Assembly (NCBI GenBank): GCA_951406725.2 | Contig: OX597820.1 | Coordinates: 10,044,001 to 10,108,000 of the forward strand | From: Octopus vulgaris | Taxonomy: Eukaryota | Direction: 5' to 3' | DNA: 64,000 bases | Shown: positions 25,777-38,230 of the stretch, piece after piece | Layout: each line of letters opens with the position of its first letter | Position numbering within the stretch: position 1 is the first letter of the stretch | Notes under the pieces: generated by a model | Told to the model about the DNA's origin: nothing | The model's database searches: none | The model's input: only the letters and a program-made list of their open reading frames with translations | Translations under genes and position numbers: made by a program

Positions 25777-25957
25777 TAATCTAATTTATGATGCTATAAT
25801 ATAAAAAGTTGTTTGTCCTGCGTCACCGCTTGACAACCGGCGTCGATGTGTTTACCTCACCATAGTGAAGCAGTTCGGCAAAAGCGACCGATAGAATAAG
25901 TACCAGGCCGATTAATAAGTACAGAATTCGATTCTTTTGGCTAAAATTTCACACACT

Positions 25958-25991
<34 letters not shown>

Positions 25992-26005
25992 CAGGCGAGG
26001 GAAAC

Positions 26006-26055
<50 letters not shown>

Positions 26056-27645
26056 AGAGAGAGAGAGAGCGAGAGAGAGAGAGAGAGGAAAACAGAGGAA
26101 GGTCGGGTTAACTGGCTTTCACCCGATTCAAAATCTCGTTCATTAAGTGCTTGATTTAAAGACATCCATTGATCATAGAAAAGTTTTCCTCACCTTAGGA
26201 AATATTTTCTCCTTTCAAAAAAAAAAAAAAGGTCCAACAGCTAAGCGGAACTGAATCAACGGTAACGAATAAACGAAATCAAATGGAGAGTTTGACGAAC
26301 CCTGGCGTTAACAACCCCTCGTGTTCTAAAGATCTCTTCATTCAAAACACACAAAACCCTAACAATGCAATTTTCTTCCAAACAGAAGATAAACCGGAGA
26401 CGAACCCTTCATATCTTCGTTAAAATCCGCCCACATATCGCTTATGTTTTTCTTCCTTTATTATTTAACTGAAAAATAGCCATCTTGGATTTCTCTCATT
26501 CTCACATTTATTGATTATTTTTCATTTATTTTTCAGTTTTATTATTTCTTTGTTTTACTTTCTTTCGGCAGTTTTCTTTTTCTTTTTTTTTCTTCTTCTT
26601 CTTAAGTTCTATAATCATGTTGTTGTTTTTTAATCCACTAACGTTGTGCTTAATGTTAGGTTTCCTACCTCCCACCAGTTCCGTCTAGTTAACTTATTGA
26701 CCAGTCTTTCGACGACTACATCCCTTCTGCTTCTTTACTTACTGTTTATATCATTGCATATTGCTTTATAAACGTTGCTTCACGTCCATTTACATCAAGC
26801 TATCATCCTTTTGTTTCCACACACACACACGGACGCAAATACACATACACACAAACAAACACTTATACATACTTACATGTACATAATGCAATAATATAAA
26901 GTCATTAGCTCAATCGTAAGCAGACACACGTGCAAAGAGAAATATATAAACACAACTACAAAAGCGGAGAACTATCTGAAACGCTTCTTCTCAGCGCTTT
27001 CCACTACATACAAACATACATACATACATACATACATACATACATACATACATACATACATACATGCATACATACATGCATACATACATACATACATACA
27101 TACATACATAATACATGCATACACACACACATATATATATATATTCCCTATGTTCACTATATATATATATACATATATGTGTGTGTATGTATACTTATGA
27201 CAGATATGTATATACATTTATAGATTTCTCTCATTCCATCTTTCTATATGTATATAGGCATATATATGCGTATTTGTATATACAAACTTTCTCTCTCTTT
27301 CACTCACATACATACATACATAGATACATACATACATACATACATACATACATACATACACACATATATATTTATGTCTTTGTTTTCGTCTCTATATATA
27401 TGCGTGTGTGTGTGTATAATATATTGTAAACAAGTTTACGAAAGTAGTGTAGATTATCCATATCTTAATACATTTACAAGCAGAGACAAACACACACACA
27501 TGCACACACTACATATACAGGCACACGTATGCATATAAATACATACACACATGTATACATGTATGAACTTATGCATATATATGCATATATCTATACCTAT
27601 CTATCTCTCTATATATATATATATATACATACATATGTGTATGTA

Positions 27646-27687
<42 letters not shown>

Positions 27688-27774
27688 TGTTAACATATAT
27701 ATATATATGTATATATTATATATCAATATGTATAACATATATATACATATATATATATTTGTATATATATATAC

Positions 27775-27852
<78 letters not shown>

Positions 27853-28517
27853 GTATGTCTCAATATGTATGTACATGATAAAAAAGTACCTAAAGGGTAA
27901 AAGAAAAAATAGAAAAAAGCGAAAACTACTGTTTAAATATCACGCCATTGCAATCAATGGCGCCGTGTTTTGTAGAAATTTATTAGTGTATTAATAATCT
28001 ACAGGTCACCCACTGACTGTGCATCCACGATGACATTCACTATAGCCCCCACCCCCAACCACCGCCATCTTTACAATACGATCTTTTACAGACTGCCAGT
28101 CTACGAATAATAAATAAAGTACTCGTTTCGTATCACATCGCCATCATTCTAATAGTTTTGGTTTATCTGTACAGAATCTGCCAAGTTAAACGTGATTTTG
28201 AATAAGAAATTTTCCCTTCGATTTAAAGTGGATTTATCCAGAATGTATCATATCATCACGTAAATAAAACTTTGCACTGCGTGTCCCTGTGTCCTTGGCT
28301 TATAAATGATTCAGTCGGATAAAGAGTTAATCGTGTAATCTAAGAGAATAATAATAATAATAATATAACAATGATAATATAACAATAGCTGGCCACGTTA
28401 AATACTTCCAAGTTGAAAGAGCGGTTTACTTATATTAGTTCGTGTTTCAATTGAAGTGAAGTGAGTTCGTATTTCCTTGATAAGTCACGACTATACTATA
28501 CAATAACCCCTTGTCAC

Positions 28518-28818
28518 ATCACGGTTCCCCTATCGCTGTTCCCCTATCGCGGTTCACCTAACGCGGTTCACCTATCGTGGTTCACTTATCGCAGTTTACC
28601 TGTCGCGGTTCACCCATCGCGGTTCACCTATCACAGTTCACCTATCGCAGTTCACCTATCGCGGTTCACCTATCGCGGTTCACCTATCGTAGTTCACCTA
28701 TCACGGTTCACCTATCGTGGTTCACTTATCGCAGTCCACCTGTCGTAGTTCACCTATCACGGTTTACCTATCGCGATTCACCTTCGCAGTCCACCTATCG
28801 CAGTTTACCTATCGCAGT
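28518..28818. repeat. 14-bp CpG-rich minisatellite (ATCGCGGTTCACCT)n, about 21 copies
   Basis: Direct inspection; variants mostly at CpG positions. Confidence 0.92.
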
Positions 28819-29495
28819 TTATTATTATTTAAGCCTACGTCGATTCTTCCATGGTGTTGTTTTGCATTTATAATAAAATAAATGTATACAAATTATATAG
28901 AAAATACAGTACACTACTGTTTCTACTTCACGGATCGCGGAGGTTTTTGGAACGTAGCACCCGCACCATATATGAAGTGTGCTTCCACACGGTTTCCGTC
29001 TACTAAATACACTCAAAAGATATTCCCGGGACTACCGTGGAGACATTTGCCAAAGTGGAACTGAATATGAAAGCACGCGGTTGTAAAGCGAGCGCCTTAA
29101 CCACATAGCCACGCCTGCGACTTTAACGCATTTTGTTTTTGAAAATGATCGCTGAATCGCTTCTAATGTAAATATTTATATGTTTGATGTTTTCCAATTA
29201 TAGAAAAATGTATTCACTAAACTAAAAAATCGCCATATATTTCAATGAATTTTTAAAAATAAAACAAAACTCTCATAGATCAATATCCAGTAGAAAATAG
29301 CAGAGGTTCATTTATTTATATATTTGAAAAAAAGACATCGTAAATGCATTTAAATCAGCTCCTGGGCACAGCTCGTGTAACAGTTCACATGTGGACTCGG
29401 AATGAAGTCACATGTTCGCGTCGACATATGTGAATGCAATGACTTTCAGAAGTGTTGTTTAAAATCGATTTAAGCGTTGAAACACACAGGTGGCA

Positions 29496-29625
<130 letters not shown>

Positions 29626-29653
29626 CATATATATACATATATATACATACATA

Positions 29654-29691
<38 letters not shown>

Positions 29692-29727
29692 CATATAATA
29701 TATATATATATATATTTATACATACAT

Positions 29728-29842
29728 AAACTCCATTCTTCACCAAGTGCCACATATTAGTGGAGGCTCTTAGTAATAACAGTGTAGCACAAAACGGTGG
29801 TGCATCAGCATGGCCGCAGTTCTGAGCTGAAACTTAAAAAAA
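29728..29842 (+). mobile_element. Extremely 5'-truncated CR1-like LINE 3' end
   Basis: Reads NSILHQ.. then GGTGGTGCATCAGCATGGCCGCAGTTCTGAGCTGAAAC tail, between (TA)n tracts. Confidence 0.55.
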
Positions 29843-29862
29843 TATATATGTATATATATGTA

Positions 29863-29990
<128 letters not shown>

Positions 29991-30149
29991 TATATCATAT
30001 ATGTATCAGTTTATATTCAGGGCAAGCGAGTAATTATACAGGTTTGTCACATGCTGAAAAAAGACGCCAAACATCTCTAAACTACCTTGAAATATCACAA
30101 TACACACGCACCAAACTCGGGTAATTAAACGAAAAATATTATATATATA

Positions 30150-30267
<118 letters not shown>

Positions 30268-30475
30268 TTTTGTATGTATGTATATATATCTGTATATATA
30301 TATATATATCTTCAAATGTATACGTTTATATAACATATGATAATAAATGTAAGTAAATATATATATCTATGTATATACATATATGTATATATATATATAC
30401 ACATATATACATGTATGTATATATATATATATCTATGTATATACATATATGTATATATATATACATATATACATG

Positions 30476-30538
<63 letters not shown>

Positions 30539-31384
30539 AATGTATATGTATATGTATGTATATGTACATATATATATATATAGACACAGAAATGTATATC
30601 ACAGAATCGCAAGGAGAGACGGCGTGGAGACACACACACACACACACACTAACACACACGCTGCTACTAACAGTCTGAGAATGAAATGAAGATTGATGTG
30701 TTTTTGATTTCAATACAAACAGAACATATATATACACTCGTCGACTCAAACACAAACGCTCATATACACACTGTCCCAATAAACCCCCACCCCACCATCA
30801 CACACATTTATTCACACAGAGTATTTTGCTTTCAGACAATTTGTTATATACACCTTTCCTTTTCTATATTCATAAATTTATTCATTTTTTTAATGTTTTA
30901 TTATTTTATATTTTTATTTTTCATCTCTCATTATTAACAAATTATTACATTTTATTTCGCGTTTTTGTCTGAAATCTATTCTTGTCGTTCTGTCCTTCGT
31001 ATTTTTTAAAATTTTTACATCATTAAAAAAACATTTCGCATTTAACTTGAGGAGATATTCAAAAGTATGTTGAATCTTCTGAAATTAATTTTCAATCAGT
31101 CCATTATACAAATTGAAACCTGACAGTTGTTTTTCATTTTTTAGCACTTACCTGAGGATCGGGATTTGAAACTACCTGCAGTAAATTATAAACTTACAGC
31201 TGCAAAATATCATAAACGGTGATACTTGCATTGGGCACTGTAGTCTAACTAGCTGGAAACAAACGTTTTCCTAAAAATATGTGTACATACATAGGCATAT
31301 GTATGTGTGTGAATATGTATGTATTCATATACACTTATTACTATACACGTATGTATCCCCCCTCTCTCTCTATATATTTGTATG

Positions 31385-31463
<79 letters not shown>

Positions 31464-31472
31464 GTCTTTATA

Positions 31473-31522
31473 TACGAGGGGATGGTGAAAAGGTCCTGGC
31501 TTTGGGTAAAAGAAAATATAGG
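31473..31522 (+). mobile_element. Solo mariner-type terminal inverted repeat inside (ATCT)n (duplicated at 35364-35413)
   Basis: TA-CGAGGGGATGGTGAAAAGGTCCTGGCT resembles mariner TIR starts. No partner TIR is visible. Confidence 0.5.
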
Positions 31523-31525
31523 TAG

Positions 31526-31632
<107 letters not shown>

Positions 31633-32302
31633 ACGCTTAAAACCGTCGGGCCATGGCAATTTCTGAATTGACTCAAAAGAAACATTTGGGGGAATTTTAA
31701 AATTTTCTGGAATTTAAAACGAGGATTTCCGAGGATCTCCTCACAGTTCATGTAATCTATTAAAATCTCATCCTGCCTCAGCTTTTGATTTCTTCCTAGT
31801 TTTTCATTTTTCACTTTTCTCTTTTCGTTTCTTAATCGCTAATTGCCAATTTTTCAATTGTCACTTTCTTCTACCTATTCGTTCCTCCTGTCATGTTCAC
31901 AAGAGCCAGAACTTATACTTACTTACACTAACTTCTCTTAGCTTAACATCCCCTGTTTCATTCTGACACTCCACCCTCCCCTTTCCCCTTCCCAACCGCT
32001 CCTACAAACGGCGCTACCCTGTTGTCTCTCTGTACTAGACCACTAAAGCTGCTAATACAAATATTATTTTTTCTCACGTTCTATATGTGAATTCAATTCA
32101 TAAACTGAATACATTTACTGCTTCTAAACATTTTATTTCGTTTCTTCAAATATATTACTTGAAAAATCATCTTGATTGTTGATAGCGTATGGCAGACGAA
32201 AAGATAAACGGGAGGACACAACTCTTGTATTATATAGACTATGTTTGGTCCTTAAGGATTGATTTTGCAAAATGGGAAAACAGGAAAATGTTATATATAA
32301 TA

Positions 32303-32330
32303 CTAGCAGAGATACCCGGCGTTGCCCGTT
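32303..32330 (-). mobile_element. Helitron-type 3' terminus (duplicated at 36327-36354)
   Basis: Minus strand CGGGCAACGCCGGGTATCTCTG-CTAG|T: short GC hairpin followed by CTAG and T. Confidence 0.65.
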
Positions 32331-32449
32331 TACATTCAATTGAAGAATTAGACTTTTCTGTTATATTTTGTGAATGAACTGGAATATCTATGTTTCGAAT
32401 TTCATCAAAATTGCAGATGAGGGTTATTTCCGTCTTTACACACCCTAAA

Positions 32450-34617
32450 AAGATTCCCCAAAATTTTTCGAAAATTTTCCCCAAAAATTTTTCAAAAATT
32501 TCTGCCGAAAATTTTTCGAAAATTATCACCGGAAATTTTTCGAAAATTTCCACCGGAAATTTTCCCCAAAAATTTATCGAAAATTTTTCCCAAAAACTTT
32601 TTCAACAATTTTCCCCAAGAATTTTTCGAAAATTTTCCCCAAAAATTTTCCCCAAAAATTTTTCGAAAATTTTTACCGAAAATTTTAACCAAAAATTTTT
32701 CGAAAATTTTCACCGGAAATTTTTGCCGAAAATTCTACCCAAAAATTTTTCAGAAATTTTCACCGAAAATTTGACCCAAAAAATTTTCACCAAAAATTTT
32801 ACCCAAGAATTTTTCGAAAATTTTTACCGGAAATTTTACCCAAAAATTTTCACAAAACCTTTTTCGAAAATTTTCACCAAAAATTTTTCAGAAATTTTAA
32901 CAGAAAATTTGACCCCAAAAATTTTGACCAAAAATTTTACCCAAAAATTTTTCGAAAATTTTCACCGAAAATTTTACCCAAAAATTTTCACCAAAACTTT
33001 TTCGAAAATTTCCACCAAAAATTTTTCGAAAATTTTCACCGGAAATTTTTGCCGAAAATTTTACCCAAAAATTTTTCGAAAATTTTCACCGAAAATTTTA
33101 CCCAAAAATTTTCACCAAAACTTTTTCGAAAATTTTCACCAAAAAAAATTTTCGAAAATTTTCACCGGAAATTTTTGCCGAAAATTTTACCCAAAAATTT
33201 TCGAAAATTTTCACCGAAAATTTTACCCAAAAATTTTCACCAAAACTTTTTCGAAAATTTTCACCAAAAATTTTCGAAAATTTTCACCGGATATTTTCAC
33301 CGAAAATTTTACCAAAAAATTTTCACCAAAAATTTTTTTCAATAATTTTTCGAAAATTTTTGCCTAAAATTTTCCCCAAAATTTTTCGAAAATTTTCATG
33401 GAAATTTTACCCAAAAATTTTTCTGAAAATTTTTACCCAAAATTTTACCCAAAAATTTTTCGAAAATTTTCACCGGAAATTTTTGCCGAAAATTCTACCC
33501 AAAAATTTTTCAGAAATTTTCACCGAAAATTTTACCCAAAAATTTTCACCAAAACTTTTTCGAAAATTTTCACCAAAAAGTTTTCCAAAATTTTCACCGG
33601 AAATTTTTGCCGAAAATTTTACCCAAAAATTTTTCGAAAATTTTCACCGAAAATTTTACCCAAAAATTTTCACCAAAACTTTTTCGAAAATTTTCACCAA
33701 AAAGTTTTCGAAAATTTTCACCGGATATTTTCACCGAAAATTTTACCAAAAAATTTTCACCAAAAATTTTACCCAATAATTTTTCGAAAATTTTTGCCTA
33801 AAATTTTCCCCAAAAATTTTTCGAAAATTTTCATGGAAATTTTACCCAAAAATTTTTCGAAAATTTTTACCCAAAATTTTACCCAAAAATTTTTCGAAAA
33901 TTTTCACCGGAAATTTTTGCCGAAAATTCTACCCAAAAATTTTTCAGAAATTTTCACCGAAAATTTTACCAAAAAATTTTCACCAAAAATTTTACCCAAA
34001 AATTTTTCGAAAATTTTCACCGAAAATTTTACCCAAGAATTTTCGAAAATTTTTGCCGAAAATTATACCCAAAAATATTTCGAAAATTTTCACCGAAAAT
34101 ATTACACAAAAATTTTTCAGAAATTTTCACCGAAAATTTTACGAAATTTTCACCGGGAAATTTTTGCCGATAATTCTACCCAAAAATTTTTCGAAAATTT
34201 TTACCGTAAATTTTACCCAAAATTTTTGAGTAAAATTTTCGGTGAAAATTTCTGAAAAATTATTGGGTAGAATTTTCGGCAAAAATTTCCGGTGAAAATT
34301 TTCGAAAAACTTTTGGGGAAAATTTTCGAGAAAGTTTTGGTGAAAATTTTTGGGTAAAATTTTCGGTAAAAAGTTTCGAAAAATTTTGGGGAAAATTTTC
34401 GAGAAAGTTTTGGTGAAAATTTTTTGGTAAAATTTTCGGTGAAAATTTCTTAAAAATTTTTGGGTAAAATTTTCGAAAAATTTTTGGGGAAAATTTTCGG
34501 CAAAAATTTTCGAAAATTCTTGGGTAAAATTTTCGGTGAAAATTTTCACCGAAAATTTGACCCAAAAAATTTTCACCAAAAATTTTACCCAAGAATTTTT
34601 CGAAAATTTTCACCGGA
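32450..34617. repeat. A-tract satellite array 1 (GAAAATTTT/CCCAAAAATTTT/CACCG subunits, ~10-13 bp), with inverted segment ~34225-34545
   Basis: Direct inspection. Confidence 0.95.
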
Positions 34618-35323
34618 AATGAAGATTGATGTGTTTTTGATTTCAATACTAACAGAACATATATATACACTCGTCGACTCAAACACAAACGCTCATATAC
34701 ACACTGTCCCAATAACCCCCACCCCACCACCACCACACATTTATTCACACAGAGTATTTTGCTTTCAGACAATTTGTTATATACACCTTTCCTTTTCTAT
34801 ATTCATAAATTTATTCCTTTTTTTTATGTTTTATTATTTTATATTTTATTTTTCATCTCTCATTATTAACAAATTTATTACATTTTATTTCGCGTTTTTG
34901 TCTGAAATCTATTCTTGTCGTTCTGTCCTTCGTATTTTTTAAAATTTTTACATCATTAAAAAAACATTTCGCATTTAACTTGAGGAGATCTTCAAAAGTA
35001 TGTTGAATCTTCTGAAATTAATTTTCAATCAGTCCATTATACAAATTGAAACCTGACAGTTGTTTTTCATTTTTTAGCACTTACCTGAGGATCGGGATTT
35101 GAAACTACCTGCAGTAAATTATAAACTTACAGCTGCAAAATATCATAAACGGTGATACTTGCATTGGGCACCGTAGACTAACTAGCTGGAAACAAACGTT
35201 TTCCTAAAAATATGTGTACATACACAGGCATATGTTGTGTGTGAATATGTATGTATTCATATACACGTATTACTATACACGTATGTCTCTCCCTCTCTCT
35301 CTCTTTGTATATATATTTGTATG

Positions 35324-35354
<31 letters not shown>

Positions 35355-35416
35355 GTCTTTATATACGAGGGGATGGTGAAAAGGTCCTGGCTTTGGGTAA
35401 AAGAAAATATAGGTAG

Positions 35417-35496
<80 letters not shown>

Positions 35497-35542
35497 GTCT
35501 ATCTGTCTATCTGTCTATCTATCTATCTATCTCTCCCTCCAC

Positions 35543-35641
<99 letters not shown>

Positions 35642-36470
35642 CCTATCTATCTATCACGCCTAAAACCGTCGGGCCATGGCAATTTCTGAATTGACCCAAA
35701 AGAAACATTTGGGGGAATTTTTGAAATTTTCTCGAATTTAAAACGAGGATTTCCGAGAATCTCCTCACAGTTCATGTAATCTTTTAAAATCTCATCCTGC
35801 CTCAGCTTTTGATTTCTTCCTAGTTTTTCATTTTTCACTTTTCTCTTTTCGTTTCTTAATCGCTAATTGCCAATTTTTCAATTGTCACTTTCTTCTACCT
35901 ATTCGTTCCTCCTGTCATGTTCACAAGAGCCAGAACTTATACTTACTTACACTAACTTCTCTTAGCTTAACATCCCCTGTTTCATTCTGACACTCCACCC
36001 TCCCCTTTCCCCTTCCCAACCGCTCCTACAAACGGCGCTACCCTGTTGTCTCTCTGTACTAGACCACTAAAGCTGCTAATACAAATATTATTTTTTCTCA
36101 CGTTCTATATGTGAATTCAATTCATAAACTGAATACATTTACTGCTTCTAAACATTTTATTTCGTTTCTTCAAATATATTACTTGAAAAATCATCTTGAT
36201 TGTTGATAGCGTATGGCAGACGAAAAGATAAACGGGAGGACACAACTCTTGTATTATATAGACTATGTTTGGTCCTTAAGGATTGATTTTGCAAAATGGG
36301 AAAACAGGAAAATGTTATATATAATACTAGCAGAGATACCCGGCGTTGCCCGTTTACATTCAATTGAAGAATTAGACTTTTCTGTTATATTTTCTGAATG
36401 AACTGGAATATCTGTTTCGAATTTCATCAAAATTGCAGATGAGGGTTATTTCCGTCTTTACACACCCTAA
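34616..36470 (+). repeat. Segmental duplication block A, copy 2
   Basis: Starts GAAATGAAGATTGATGTG as at 30683. Confidence 0.95.
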
Positions 36471-38230
36471 AAAAAATTCCTCAAAAATTTTTCTAAAATT
36501 TCTGCCGAAAATTTTCACCGAAAATTTTCCCCAAAAATTTTTCGAAAATTTTCCCCCAAAAGTTTTCAAAAATTTTCCCCAAGAATTTTTCGAAAATTTT
36601 CACTGAAAATTTTCCCCAAAAATTTTCGAAAATTTTCACCAAAAATTTTTCACAAAAATTTTCCGAAAATTTTCACCGAAAATTTTACCCAAAAATTTTC
36701 ACCAAAGATTATTGGAAAATTTTCCCCAAGAATTTTTCGAAAATTTCCACCAAAAATTTTCCCCAAAAATCTTTCGAAAATGTTTCGAAAATTTTCCTCA
36801 AAACTTTTTCGAAAATTTTCGCTAAAAATTTTTCGAAAATTTTCACCGAAAATTTTCCCCAAAATTTTTCGTAATTTTTCCCCAAAAAGTTTTCGAAAAT
36901 TTTTACCAAAAATTTAACCCAAAAATTTTTCGAAAATTTTCACAAATTTTTACCCAAAAATTTTCACCAAAAATTTTTCGAAAATTTTACCCCAGAATTT
37001 ATCGCAAATTTTCACCGGAAATTTTATCCAAATATTTTTCGAAACTTTTCACCGAAAATTTTACCCAAAAATTTTCACCGAAAATTTTATCCAAAAATTT
37101 AACCCAAAAATTTTACCCAAGAATTTTTCGAAAATTTTACTCAAAAATTTTTTGAAAATTTTCTGCAAAAATTTTACCCAAAAATTTTTCGAAAATTTTT
37201 ACCGAAAATTTTACCCAAAAATTTTCACCAAAACTTTTCGAAAATTTTCGCCAAAAATTTTTCGAAAATTTTCACCGGAAATTTTTGCCGAAAATTCTAC
37301 CCAAAAATTTTTCAGAAATTTTCACCAAAAATTTTACCCAAGAATTTTTCGAAACTTTTTGCCTAAAATTTTACCCAAAAATTTTTCGAAAATTTTACCC
37401 AAAACTTTTTGGAAAATTATCCCAAAAAATTTTTCGAAAATTTTCCCCAAAAATCTTTCGAAAATTTTCACCGGAAATTTTTGCCGAAAATTTTTACTTA
37501 AAAATTTTTCGAAAATTTTTACCGAAAATTTTACCCCAAAATTTTCACCAAACCTTTTTCGAAAATTTTCCCCAAAAATTTTTCAAAAATTTTCACCGGA
37601 AATTTTACCCAAAAATTTTTCTAAAATTTTTACCGAAAATTTTACCCAAAAATTTTCACCAAAACTTTTTCGAAAATTTTCCCAAAAATTTTTCGAAAAT
37701 TTTCACCGAAAATTCTTGCCGAAAATTCTACCCAAAAATTTTTCGAAAATTTTCACCGAAAATTCTTGCCGAAAATTCTACCCAAAAATTTTTCGAAAAT
37801 TTTACCCGAAAATTTTTCGCAAATTTTCACCGAAAATTTTACCCCAAAATATTTCGAAAATGTTCACCGAAAATTTTACCCAAAAATTTTTCGAAAGTTT
37901 TCACCGAAAATTTTTGCCGAAAATTCTACCCAAAAATTTTTCGAAAGTTTTTGCCGGAAATTTTCCCTAAAAATTTTTCGAAAATTTTCACCGAAAATTT
38001 TTGCCGAAAATTCTACCCAAAAATTTTTCGAAAATTTTACCCGAAAATTTTTCGCAAATTTTCACCGAAAATTTTACCCCAAAATATTTCGAAAATGTTC
38101 ACCGAAAATTTTACCCAAAAATTTTTCGAAAATTTTCACCGAAAATTTTTGCCGAAAATTCTACCCAAAAATTTTTCGAAAATGTTCACCGAAAATTCTA
38201 CCCAAAAATTTTCCGAAGATTTTCACCGAT
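36465..38230. repeat. A-tract satellite array 2
   Basis: Same subunits. Runs from the Helitron-end flank to GATCCTCCCAAATTTACAAAC. Confidence 0.95.

Noticed and set aside
31147-31190. CTGAGGA..GAAA hammerhead-like string
   Set aside because: Stem I cannot form and stem II is poor. It overlaps a minus-strand CAG|GTAAGT donor-like site with no supportable exon.
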